This document shows positions 23,508 to 36,616 of a stretch of 64,000 bases of DNA, in pieces; position 1 is the stretch's first letter, and every line of letters begins with the position of its first letter. Source of the stretch: Nemertoderma westbladi (taxonomy: Eukaryota > Animalia > Xenacoelomorpha); contig JAUCBJ010003471.1 of the NCBI GenBank assembly GCA_032718475.1, forward strand, positions 1-64,000, read 5' to 3'. The notes beneath the pieces are model-generated. The model was not told the DNA's origin and ran no database searches. It saw only the letters and a list, made by a program, of their open reading frames with translations. Position numbers and translations under genes: made by a program.

Positions 23508-26500
23508 TTAGCGTATTTTCTTTTGTTGTCGACTTCGATATATATCGTTGGATGGAGGAACGAAACTGCAGAAAAATGGCGAATTATAACAAAACGAAGA
23601 TGAGAAAAGTTCATAAAGTGATGATAAATTGTACAAATAATATTATACAAGTAACCCAACCCACAAGGTGGCCATTGTAACTAACTGGCAACCTAAATCG
23701 ATCCCAGTACCAAAAACTACTTTACATGGATGATATGATTTTTAAGAAACAAGAAATAGTTACAAACCTGAGGTTCTCTTCATCTGATTGGCTGCCCATC
23801 TCGTCCAATCCGCGTTTTATTCTATCTCCGTCAGGGCCGTTATCTAACCCCGAACTCGAGTAGGTCGTCTTTAGCTTTACGACTTTATTCGCCGCTTGTA
23901 GGTTATACGTTTCAGGAACGACTAACGAATAAAATAAAACGAATACTAAAATCAGGTAGTTAAACGGTCATCATTGAAACATCAGTCACGTCTTCATATG
24001 AGTCGCACTTCGCAGTTCGCACTAACAACAGAGTCTTTAATTTAGTTCGTTTCTCTGGCGAAGTTTGTGCCTAAAGGAGGTCAATGTATTTATTCTGAGA
24101 CATTCGAGATGTTATTAAACCTTTTGGTAGGGGGCGCTGAAATATGGCTAACCAGAGAAAAGTCTGAATATGAATAATACATAGGCATAAAATGCAATAT
24201 AAATGATAATAACGAACTCTATTCTGGCCTGGGGAACTACAGTATGTAATTACGAGTTTTTAACGGTTTCTGTTAGGTATTTAACGATGTTGTCTATAAA
24301 TTTGAGTACCGGTATGTTATATTTCAATTATTGATAACTTGTTAGAATTTAATTATTGGTAATAATAATACGAACCTTCGGTGACGTTTAGGTTTGCGAT
24401 GGCGGCCATTAGAGTTTCAACAACAACGAAAGGGCCGGTGAATGAGTCCGGAGGAGGTAGACGCCGGAGGACTCTGTAGGCCTCTTCCGGGTACGGGAAG
24501 ATGCCACCGGGTACAGAGTGGAAACCGGGGGCTGTAAGGAGAGATAAAGATGAGTTGTGGGTATCTAGAATGATGAGAAACTAATTACAGCTATCTAATT
24601 GGTCATTAGTAGTAGCAGTAGTACTGTAGTCACTTACGGACATTCTTCATTGGCTTGTAAGGGACCATTTGGTTAACATCCGGAGTGGGAAATCGAGGTC
24701 CCTCAAATTCCAGTTGTCCCCCACTAGATGGCGCCCATAATCTACTCCCAACGTTAGTGTTCCTCACATCCTAGAGTAAAGTAACAACGTATTTGGCGAT
24801 ACGAAAAGTCAGGTAGTTCGTGTATAAAAAGTCAGGTAGTTCGTGTATAAAAAGTCAGGTAGTTCGTGTATAAAAAGTCAGGTAGTTCGTGTATAAAAAG
24901 TCAGGTAGTTCGTGTATAAAAAGTCAGGTAGTTCGTGTATAAAAAGTCAGGTAGTTCGTGTATAAAAAGTCAGGTAGTTCGTGTATAAAAAGTCAGGTAG
25001 TTCGTGTATAAAAAGTCAGGTAGTTCGTGTATAAAAAGTCAGGTAGTTCGTGTATAAAAAGTCAGGTAGTTCGTGTATAAAAAGTCAGGTAGTTCGTGTA
25101 TAAAAAGTCAGATAGTTCGTGTATAAAAAGTCAGGTAGTTCGTGTATAAAAAGTCAGGTAGTTCGTGTATAAAAAGTCAGGTAGTTCGTGTATAAAAAGT
25201 CAGGTAGTTCGTGTATAAAAAGTCAGGTAATTCGTGTATAAAAAGTCAGATAGTTCGTGTATAAAAAGTCAGGTAGTCTATGACATCATCTGTTTTATGA
25301 ACCTTCATGGTTTGAATAAATATAATAATAAAATGTATAAAATCAGGTAGTCGATATATAAAGTCAGGTTGTCGATGTATAAAGTAACGTAGTCGGTGTA
25401 TAAAGCAACGTAGACGACGAATAAAGTCAGGCAGTCTATGTATAAAGTAACGCAGTAGGTGTATAAAGTAACGCAGTAGGTGTATAAAGTAATAGTCGAA
25501 ATACAAACAGTACGAATTAATGCTCTATCCTTACATCTAAAATATATACAGCGTTAACGAGTCGTGGCCAGCTGATGACTAGGTTGCATCACCGCTCGGA
25601 CCCGCAGCTCAACTCCACTTCCACCATCCACAGTCATGTAAATCCTTAATTAATATGAGTTATTGAGACCAGTGAGCAGACGCCTCAGTCTTATCAGACC
25701 AGCAGCCATAGAACATAATCACACAGAGCATGTTGACCTGACCTACTCAGGTATAACGCCCTACTCCCCTTAGCTAGAAACTAAATAAACGTTATTCTTA
25801 AGAGAATAACGTTGCTTATGCAACCGAATGTTGGGGGTTATGTACAACCTTACCTTGTATCCGAGGTAACGTAATTCCTGTAAGGGTAGCGGGTACAGAT
25901 CCATGTACTTGTATCGGTCGATCAGTAACAATGTATCCTTCCCATCGTACTCCTAGTAAAGTAAAAAAACAAATAATAGAAAAAAACCACGGCGCTAGTG
26001 TAACTCCAAGCCAAGGTACATCGGAGTAACACTCTGGTATACATTTTCACCATATTGTAAATAAATTAATCCCCACACATAATTTTACTACCAATCTCGT
26101 CGAATCCTATTTTCGCTTTGGCCAGTCTAAATAATTATTTTCCTCTGCAAACCTTTTTAATATTTCGTCTCGGCGAATTTACAAATTTAAAATTAAATTC
26201 GCCCTACTTCATATGACTTATTATAGAAACAAACCTCTTTGAATGATTCCTTTAATCTCTTCTCCACCTTTACGATGCTCGCCAAGTCGCCGCACATGCT
26301 CTCAAACTCAAGAAAACGGGCCCAAATCTCCCTGTAAGAAATAAATAAGAGTTATTATAGTCGACCGAGTCGGTAATATCAGGTAATAAATATAGTTGCC
26401 ATAGGCAACAACAAGAATAGCTGGGTTGAAGTTGAAGTTTTCATTTCATTTGAATTTTATTTTGAAATTTATACTTTTTGTGAACTGCTTTTTTGCTATA

Positions 26501-29215
26501 TTCAATTTTTTTTTCATTATTTATCACCTTTGTGACCTTAAATATCGACGAATTTAGAAATAATTTTAAACATATAGTGTCCGTCGGGGGGGGGGGGGGG
26601 GGGGGGGGGATAGGTTATCCCATCCACCCCCAGCATTTTACTCTACTTTGAGGTTGTCCGGAATCTTTTCCTTGTGTCCTTGTCCTCAGATTGAATTGAG
26701 ATGTTCAGTTGAATACTTTTAATGCTTTGTACATAATCTGTGTAGATGACAGGTCAAATTTGAAAGAAGGTAAATCTCTGATAAAAATTGTGGGACAAAG
26801 TTGTGGAGTAGTTGCTGAATTCTTGAAAGCAATCTTGAATGTGTTAGTTATTAAAGGTTGTAACCGCCCACCCACCCACCTCCAGACTTGTTATTCACTT
26901 TAATTTTGATTTCCGCAATGGAATTCCGGGGCTTGTCAGCTACCTCAGAAGTTTCTTCGAGTCTGACTTAATATAATTATTGTGAAAACAATAAAATAGG
27001 ACATGGGGTTAATATAATTGTAATTCCCCTATGCGATGCTAAATCATTAAAGGTTCCTTACAAAATTTCAACTTATCAGCTCTTTGCTGATACCCCAGAG
27101 ACGCTACAAAGACCCACCTTGCAGCTTTATAACCTCCTAGAAAGCAGTGGCCCTTCGGGCCACTGCTTTCTAGTTCACCATTCCAAACATGAATTAATTA
27201 ATTCACTTAACTTAACATAACAAAACGTCATATGATTGAGTGTTCTCTCAAACAAAAGGACTGATGCTCTTTTACTTTTCAGATATCTACACTACATACT
27301 ACGTACAACATATAAGGCTCAGGTTGTAGTAGATACGTGCCAAATATCACTTCCAAAGGATTACAAATTGTAAATATATGGAAGAAGGTTAAACTGTAGA
27401 ACTGCAGGTCGTTGCCTTCCTCGTAAACACAACCTACTGTATAGTTGATTTAGTTTAGTAGGTACTTTTAGATCGCTGCCAAGAATCAAAATTGGAGGAT
27501 TTCACTTTCAGACAATTCGTCCCCTAGTGGCGGACTGGAGAACTGCGGCCTGGTCAACGTCCTTCACAAAGATGTAGCCGTATGATGTACATAGTACAGT
27601 AGACCTTTGTCAATTACCAGCCTAAAAGCATTTTTAATAAATCAATGTGAGAATGTTTGCACTTTTCAAACATTTCACACCCTGGCAGTAGATTGGAGAA
27701 CTGCACACTGGTTATCGTCCTCCCCAAACACACAACCTATGGCCAAGTATACATTTCTCAAGTAAAAGCAAAAAAGCATTAGAAACAACGAAATGGGAAA
27801 AGGATTTCACTTGAGAGATTTCACCCTCTAGCGGCAGACTGAGAAATTGCAGATTGGTCAGAGTTCTCCACAAACACGCAGTCTAAGATGTAGTAGACCT
27901 CTGACAAGTATCAGCTTAAAAGAATAATAAACATCGAAATGGGAGAAGGTTTTCACGTTCAGACATTTCGCCCCCTAGCGGCCGAATAGAGAACTGCAGG
28001 TTGTTCGGCGTCCTCTCCAGACACACACCCTATGGTATAATACACATCTGCCAAGTATCAGCAAAAAAGCATTATAAACAATGAAATGCATGAAGGTTTT
28101 CACTTTCAGACATTGCGCCCCCTAGCGGCAGACAGAGCTATTGCAGATTGGTCAGAGTTCTCCACAAACACGCAGTCTATGATGTAGTAGACCTCTGCCA
28201 AGTATCAGCCTAAAAACATTATAAACATCGAAATGGGAGTTGGTTTTCACGTTCAGACATTTCGCCCCCTAGCGGCCGAATAGAGAACTGCAGGTTGTTC
28301 GGCGTCCTCTCCAGACACACACCCTATGGTATAATACACATCTGCCAAGTGTCAGCCTAAAAGCATTATTAATAACGAAATGGGATAAGGTTTTCACTTT
28401 CAGACATTTGCGCCCCCTAGCGGCAGACAGAGGAATTGCAGATTGGCCAGAGTTCTCCACATACACGCAGTCTATGGTGTAGTAGACCTCTGCCAAGTAT
28501 CAGCAAAAACGCATTATAAACAACGAAATAGGATAAGGTTTTCACTTTCGGATATCTCTCCCCCTAGCGGCAGACTGTGGAATTGCAGATTGGCCAGCAG
28601 TCCTCCGCAAACACGCAGCCTATGGTGTAGTAGACCTCTGCCACGTGTCAGCTAAAAGGCATTCAGAATCAACGAAATAGGATAAGGTTTTCACTTTCGG
28701 ACTGTCTCGCCCCCTAGCGGCAGACTGGAGAATTGCAGCTTGATCAGTGTCCTCCCAAACACATAGTCTATGGTCAGGAACATATCTGCAAAGTATCATT
28801 TAGAACAGATTGAGTCTGATCGTGCAACTTCTGTTTATAGAGTTTCCTGCCAGCTGACCAGTAATTTGGCCGAAAATGGTTATGGAATAATAGCCCAATT
28901 TGACCACAAATACGCATTTACACATAAATGATGCATAAAATTAGCCTCGAGATAACGATGTGTCACATCCATGTGCTCGGGGCAGTCTGCATCACGTAGA
29001 TGCAGCATAATAGTCGAGACCAAATGCGTAGAGTGACAGAATGAACTGCTAGGCCTACCGCACTACCGGTACCGAATTCACGAATTGTGCATTCACGCAA
29101 ACAAACGCGTAAAATAAGACTCGAGATAGCGACAGTGCACATGCTCGTGACGAGAGCTTTCGTTCGATGTATCGCGAGCTCCGATTGGTGCTTGTGTGTA
29201 GAAACGTATAGCTTG

Positions 29216-29256
<41 letters not shown>

Positions 29257-29257
29257 G

Positions 29258-29335
<78 letters not shown>

Positions 29336-32022
29336 AACACATGATATTTATATCTATAGATAGATAGGTCTAAAAGCTGCAAAATAATACACTTCTCCAA
29401 AATATTTTGGGTATCCCCATCGCCCTAGAGTGGATGCAAGGTGTACTAAATAACGTTCATGCAGCGAGCATAATGCTGAAATTAACGTGGGGATCGGCCC
29501 AGGGTTCTCTTATTTAGGATACTATTTTCATAATATTTTCTTAGGAACATGTTATTTGCTAATTTGGTTAGGTGGATATGATAACTAAGGTTCATAGAAA
29601 TATAATAAAATTTCTTTATGGATTATGTATATTGTTCCGTTTCCATGGTAATGTGTATAACGATAATTTACCATTATGAACTCTTGTTGGATATTATAGG
29701 CTACTATTTATATCATTTGCATCCTACATGCCTGGGTCCTCTCAATTGTCTCTAATAATTATTCACCGAAATTTAATATTCTGGAATGAAGAAACACTTT
29801 CATCATTTCAGTTTTGCTCTCTGATTATACAGTTTTGTTTATTGGCACATATTAACCTTTATAAATCTGATTCACAAATTACGATTCATAAAATAAAACG
29901 CCGGCAAAGTTATATTATTATTTAAACTGACAAACCGAATACAAATGGTGTTTTTTTTATAGAATTGGATATATAATTATTCATCACATTTATTATCATG
30001 GCAACGGGAATGTAAACAAATTAAATTGTTAAATATTTTGATAGTCTTTTATTCCCTTTAATCACCTAACAAATCTCATGAACATAATCTCTCGTCGTCT
30101 TGAAGTACAGGCGCGCAAAGTTTGAACTTTGCTCCCGGTTACCATGGCAACAACAAGATAAAAATTCCAGAAAGTCATTTTTTACATTTCTATGATCCTT
30201 AGCCATTATATACAACTAACCAAAATAGCATATTATAAGAAGTTTCTAAGGAAAATTATGAAACATCTGTTATTTAGTACACCTTGAGGGGATGACATCC
30301 ATTGTTTGCTTTGCTAAGTGAAACTGTTGTTTCAAACTTACAGTTGTCGTATTAACTTCATATAATTGAATAAATATAAAATGTATATTAATTTCGCAAT
30401 ATTTAAGAGAATAATAATAAAGCGTTCAGAACGCCGATAAGTTGACATAATGTAACAAAATTAAGTAGATTATTGTATAAAGAGGTTAGAGAGGTTAAAG
30501 AGGTATTATTCTGCATTAAAGACTTGTGTTTATGCAAACCTCCCTCGTTGCGCTCGCTCGAAACACACTCGGGTCAATAGGCTGAAAAATGCTACTTTTC
30601 ACACAATGATGTATTTAGACTTTCATCATTCTTCTTCAGTGGAATACGAAGTGAGGATGAGAATGTTAATAAGTTGGTGACAGGAACTTACTTCAAGCTC
30701 TAGCGCCTTGCAAATATATATAATATATTCTGATTAGACGTATCTACTAATCTTAACCAACTGCACCGGGATGGAATACTTTAAAATCGAAATTTGGAAC
30801 AGTTACAATTGTAACCTGGCTAGAATAATGTAAGGTAAATATTATAAAGTTGTTTTCTGTTGTCATGGTTATGTGCGAGTGAACACCATGCTGCAAAATT
30901 TGGATCCCCTTTAACGGTAATAATAACCTAAACCTGGACCAAGTACTTTTGCCACGAACGTTTACCTAAACTTACGATGCGACTTGACTACTCAGCTATT
31001 TCTAAACCAACCTCATACTTGGAACCTTAGCAAATTAAGCTTTTATCGTATTAATTAAAACGTTTCGGTGATCGATTGGATACTGAATACTGGGAGCATT
31101 CACAATAGTGGTTGGCGGCACGGGTCAAATAAGAGCAAAGGCTGTATACATTTCGCATTAGTGCCTACGCAATCCCAGCGGTACAATGGGAACCTCGTTA
31201 TAGCTTGGTGAGTAAAGAAACGTTTGGATAGTTATGGAGTGAGTGTTCATCCGTGGGAGTTAGTGTGCAGTGCACTCTCCCTGCCATATGGGCATCAGCA
31301 AAAGAGGAACTCTCGGGTTGCCTCCAGTGCGTTTTTTATTTTCGCAGTTAATTTCGCAGTGAATATAAATAACTAAGTGACGCTCTAAGGAAATTAACAT
31401 AGATTTTACATATGTACCTTTAAATACGTTTTTATAATATTAATCCATTAGACTTCGACATACGCTTAGACATTACTCTCAAATAAAAAACGAAATTTAC
31501 GTGTTCGATAATCGATCGAACGACTTATAATTAATAATAATATTACAGAAAGAACATATATTATTATTAGAATACATCTTATTATATTCACAATTATTTT
31601 CTAATGTTAAGTTTTTGCCTAAATTATGTATAAGAAAAAAAAAATATATGAACGGCCCGCTGTGTGGTACGTTCATCACCATGGGTCAATGACCTTGGAA
31701 GGTGAGTGACCTGTATTCATAAATTTTTTCGCAAATATTTAAAAATATTTACTTGGAAAAAAAATAATCGTGAATAAAACAAGAAGTGACGTCACCAAAA
31801 TACTCCCGTCTACGTAGCAGCCGAATGATGGGTAGAAGACCCCCGTTACCATGGTAAGAAATTCAGGTGACCAATGGGGTTAAAGCAACTAGGAGTGGAC
31901 TTCGTCTATCGCCATGGGAACACGTGGTTGACCAATGGGATGGATAACTCACCTAGTATCGTCTTTAATAAGATTACCGGAAGTAAGGACTCTCTCGAAC
32001 AGAACTCTCGTGTTGTTATCCT
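23508..32022 (-). CDS. CSTF3: Cleavage stimulation factor 77 kDa subunit, C-terminal seven coding exons (5'-partial)
   Basis: Exons 32022-31953 ([16 protein letters not shown]), 26331-26235 ([25 protein letters not shown]), 25952-25854 ([13 protein letters not shown]), 24770-24638 ([11 protein letters not shown]), 24531-24376 ([21 protein letters not shown]), 23921-23768, 23565-23508 ([16 protein letters not shown]); GT-AG and phase-consistent. Missed by the ORF track. Confidence 0.93.
24804..25277. repeat. 23-bp minisatellite (about 20 copies), with degenerate copies to ~25500
   Basis: Unit AAAAAGTCAGGTAGTTCGTGTAT in a CSTF3 intron. Confidence 0.95.
27340..28800 (-). repeat. ~147-bp tandem array (about 10 units) with CTCF-like motifs
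   Basis: CGCCCCCTAGCGG or a variant at 27518, 27822, 27969, 28116, 28263, 28411, 28558 and 28708 (degenerate at ~27676); alternating A/B unit types. Confidence 0.9.
29215..29365 (+). repeat. (ACAG)n microsatellite, probably within a Helitron/DINE-like element end
   Basis: About 30 ACAG units followed by ATATTTATATCTATAGATAGAT. Confidence 0.75.
29437..30286. mobile_element. P-element-like non-autonomous element
   Basis: TIR CAAGGTGTACTAAATAAC / GTTATTTAGTACACCTTG; flanks AGTGGATG and AGGGGATG (7/8 TSD); longer imperfect inverted arms. Confidence 0.75.
31785..31945. promoter_or_regulatory. Intronic enhancer-like cluster (CRE, two X-box-like sites, two CCAAT, E-box)
   Basis: TGACGTCA, GTTACCATGGTAAG, TGACCAATGGG twice, TCGCCATGGGAAC, CACGTG. 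Confidence 0.35.
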
Positions 32023-32874
32023 CTGCGAAAACAAAAGTTAATTATAGTCAGCAACAATTATTTACCTAATTAATTTTTAAGAGGAAAATTTCTTAAATTA
32101 GTTTATTATTTCACTTTGTCGTAAACGATTATAAATTAAATAAACAAAATCAGTGACCATGGTATTTTAAGTAAAGCATAATATTTCAATAATCTAGTAA
32201 TATTGACGTAAAAATATGGCAAAACAAATTAAAAAGATGATAAAAAATTTGAAGTTAATTGTCATAATTTTAGATTGAGAGAGAAACAACTAGTATCTCT
32301 CTATCAATGAAATTTAATTAAAATAAAATAATTGCCTGAAAAAATAACGAATAACAAACAAATACACGTTGTATCAATAAACGCAGATGGATAATTTCAT
32401 CCGATTTGAGCAAGGTAAATAAACAGCCTTGCTCAAGAACAATAATACTTACCATTATTACCAATGTTGACAACTTACATATCAGATCGTCGGCGCACTT
32501 CATGATTTACAACCGCTCTATTTGCTGTAACTTACAAAACCTCTCAAGAACCATTTAGATACATTTAATTAATTAATCCTTTTCTCAATTAAAATTGTCG
32601 CTAGCGACAACAGCGTGTGCTTATAAAATAATTCAAAGAGTGAAGATTCTTCATAATTATGAAATTATTTGATTAACATCAGTTATGGAATGGAATTTAT
32701 ACGTGTTGTAATCATATAACTTATTATAATTTATAACTAAACAATAAGTTATTTTAGTTATTGTGTCGCTGAATATGAGTCAAATGAAATTTTAACCTTT
32801 CGCATCGCATCCGCATCGCATTCCCATCGCATCTCGTTTATTGTTTTGGCTAGTATTACATGCCACTGTAACCT

Positions 32875-33160
32875 GTTCCACCTTGGTGTAGTGGTCGCAT
32901 TGAATTCACATCTCCCGTGGGTCGTGGGTTCGATCCTCACATGGGCCAGGGCAGTTTTCGTTTCGGCACGAATGCTTTAAAGGGACCAGCCAGGGCGCAT
33001 CTCTGCCTTGCATCCTTAAGTGGTAGCTAAATGAGTACTGGAGTTTCCTCTGGGGAGTAAAGTTCTGGGGGGACCGCACTGGAAATAAGTCGTCAGACTT
33101 TGTGCGTAATCCCTGGCCTAGCGGCCGAAGAAAATTTACTTTTTTACTTACTTTTCCACA
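32875..33160 (+). mobile_element. tRNA-derived SINE with a Nin/Deu-like core
   Basis: A box TGGTGTAGTGG (32884), B box GGTTCGATCC (32927), core TCTGCCTTGCATCCTTAAGTGGTAGCTAAATGAGTAC, simple (TTTAC)n-like tail. Confidence 0.7.
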
Positions 33161-34032
33161 CCCCTCAATTGATAATTATCGGGTGAATATTGCTGGTGGG
33201 CGAAAATCATCCTACAATCGCTATATCGTTACTACACAGGCAAAGTTGGCGACCGATTGGGTGCAATCCACGCATAGTCTTCGCCAAATAATTATCAATT
33301 AATGTAAAGGGACAGGTTACAGTGACATGTAATTCTAACCAAAACATTAAGCGGGAGTCACAGTACATGTTACAGATCGTTAATAAGCCGAACAATTTGT
33401 AAACAATTGATCGGGAGAAGAATGCTCTGGGCGAAGATTGGACGAGGGCGAAATTCTCTCCAGGGCGATGTTTGTAGCGAAACTGGCGACACTTTATATA
33501 GGTATTATAGATATTATTGAAAAATGTCTTTACGAGATAATTGCCTTCAAAGTTTAAACCTTCCCGCCAAAAGTGGCTCTCTGTGGTCTGGTTGGTTAAT
33601 CATTTCTGGCATGAAAGAAGCATATCACCGGGCTAAAACTTTCATTATGGGTGTTTTCGGGGTCGCTGATTTCATTTCCGTTTTAAGGTTTGGTAGAATC
33701 TAGTCTGTCTGTCTTACAATTTGACTGACAGACCATCATACAGAAAAACAGCGATAACTTGAGAACTAAACGAGGTTTCGCTAAGCGGTTTTCAGATTTG
33801 AAATCCTCATTAAATTCTGCTATAAAGTAAATAAAAAACTGACATTTGAAATTTTGACCAGGGGGGAAGGGGGGGGGGGGGGGGAATACTCCGACCTAAA
33901 TTTCATCAATGATTGACATACTTATTTCGGGTTTTATCACAAGTCTTGAAACTACCGGTACCAACTGACAGACTGTGTGAATTCTTCAAATTCTTTCTAA
34001 AGCTTGACGGCCTCCTTGCGTACCAAGTTTGG

Positions 34033-34307
34033 CGCCCATGTGAAGAATACCAGACTTCCTGCCGTTATATTTCATTTGCAGTTACCCCCATGTGAAGAAT
34101 ACCAAGTTTTCACCAAAACCACAGGTTACAGAGGGCTGAATCTAACCAAAACAATAAACGAATTAGTATATGTACAGGTTATAGGACAGAAATAAGCGCT
34201 ATAAAACACTTAATAAAGATAAATTAAAAAAATAAAAAATCTTCGTATATAAAATTCCAATAAAATGTCGACCGAAATGTGAAATCCTGGTATTCTTCAC
34301 ATGGGCG
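34033..34307. mobile_element. Small MITE with 8-bp TSD AAGTTTGG, nested in an older repeat
   Basis: TIR CGCCCATGTGAAGAATACCAG / CTGGTATTCTTCACATGGGCG; AAGTTTGG at 34025-34032 and 34308-34315. Confidence 0.8.
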
Positions 34308-35399
34308 AAGTTTGGTTAATTTCATCAAGGAATGTCTGAATTATTTGCGATCAACAATTAGACGACGACGAACTCGTTAATGGTACCCCTATGCTAAGGC
34401 TTCGCTCACATCGTGGCTCGCACCGCACCTATCTGATTGTATGACAGTCCAGAAATTATAATAATATCGGATGTGTTTGTGGCAGAAACCACGACGATTT
34501 TAAGCCAATGTTCAGATTCATTGTACTATGCCGGTGCTGGAGCAGTAAAGTCTACATTACTTCACAATTAAATGATACAATGTCCTCTATAGTTATAATG
34601 TGGAAAATATCAACCCGTTGCTAATATTAACGACGTAAAACGAATCGACTCGAACTGAATAGATCTTTTTTCGATCAAAAGGATAGAGTTTCCCCTAACC
34701 CAGGGATCTTAAGGACAGAGGAATGCCAAAAACGTATACATCAAATACCACGTGTCACGTGGGAGTCAGAGAATGAAATCAGTAAAGGCAGTGCGAGTGG
34801 GATTAATGGGGTTTAAAATTGACAGGATAGGTTTGAACCATAATGGAGACTCTGAGCTGTGATGACGCAGTCAGGAGGGATGGGGAGTTTCCGTTCCATC
34901 TCCGTTTCCCCAGCAGTAAACCCCCCCCCCCCCCCCCCCCCCAGCCCCCTATCGCCATTGACGAACGATTGACTGTGTCGGTGATGGGACTATAGATTAC
35001 TTTATACATTCAATGGGAGTAAGGCAAATATAATAATAGGGTAAATTTGGTGCTAGCACCAAACTTTGAATCCTTCAAATATAACAATTGATTGTGTCAT
35101 CTTGTTTCGTGCGTTATACGGGTTTGTGAAGGTTCTGAGTCCGATGGAATAAATTAAAAAGGTACTTGACATTTCGAAGTTGAATTATTTAGTCGTGGGT
35201 GCAAAATGTTGTGGTAGATTGGTTTATTTCTCACAAGACCCAACATTCCATCTAGGACGGTAATCTAACCAAACACCGATAACTTGTGTTACGGTTTCGG
35301 AGTACCTGGGGCGAGCCGTACAGGCGGATTGCTATACAATGTTGTGCGGCCCCACATTACATACTTTTATAGACTTTTACGTACCACCTCATGGCTACA

Positions 35400-35780
35400 G
35401 AAGTGCTCACTCATCACGACTTACAAATCGTTAGACCTGTTCTAGAATATAACAGTTGTGTTTGGAACCAATTTCACAAAGTAAATACATTTTTTTGCCT
35501 AACCAACAAGCTGGAGGGAGTGCAGTGCTACTTTACAAGACGTTTGTATGCCAGATGTAAATTAGACATGATATAGCTCAGCTCAATATAAGAGTAGAAT
35601 AGATTACCTTGGTCTAGAACCACAAGAACTTCGTATCATATAATACCATATATCATATCATATCATATCATATCATATCATATCATATCATATCATATCA
35701 TATCATATCATATCATATCATATCATATCATATCATATCATATCATATCATATCATATCATATATATACATATCATATAC
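35400..35780 (+). mobile_element. 3' fragment of a CR1/L2/Jockey-group LINE followed by (CATAT)n
   Basis: IVRPVLEYNSCVWN..KLEGVQCYFTRRL and, in another frame, YLGLEPQELR; (ATATC)n at ~35650-35770. Confidence 0.75.
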
Positions 35781-36616
35781 CGCTTTATTGGGGTTCTACT
35801 AGTCAACTGATAATTAACTCTACCCCACCCCACCCCCTCCCCACTAGTATTGCATTTATTTTCTGACTTAGGTATAACGTACCTCAAATTCCGTCCATGT
35901 TGAAAATACGAAGTTTTCACTTTCACGTTTCAATTTTATTGGAATTTCACATAGATTTTTAGTGAAAACCAAACCATGGATTCTTCATATGGTTGTGTTA
36001 TGTTTCGTACCCGAGAATATATTCATAAAATAAGCAAAGGTCTTATATCGAAGGTATTGAAAGCTCTCAATTTATTGCATAATAATCTACTCTACCGGTT
36101 AGGGCTGCAGGTCCCGTTAGGTGGCAGTGCACCGGTACTGCAGTGTACTGTATCCTACTCAGTAGTACTCAATGATTAATACCTCCACCGGTTCGCAATG
36201 ACTGATAGTTTGATGGGTCACTTGGCTACGCGTATCAAAACTGACGGTGCTGAAGTAATTTATGTAACAGGGTGTGACACAATTTCAAAGTGAAATATAA
36301 CGGCAGAGAGTCTGGTATACTTCACATGGCTATTATGTTTATCAAATCATTAAGATATAACGATAATTTTCTGGTTGGGTTCTGCCTACTACCTTTAGAT
36401 TTCTAAGCAGTAAATAGACGTTCTCTGAGCAATTAATCTAACAATGGAATCTATGTATATATATATAGAGCATATTCTATGTAAAAGTCATGTAAATCAC
36501 ATTATTAATGAGAAGGTGGATAAAATCTATGGGTATACTGTATGAAAATGTCACTTTGTTACAAATATTAATCACTTATGGTGAAATTAAGTATAACAGC
36601 AATTAATTAAATATAA

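Noticed and set aside
28963-29400. ORFs with CLSV/RQTD repeats
   Set aside because: Translations of the (ACAG)n microsatellite.
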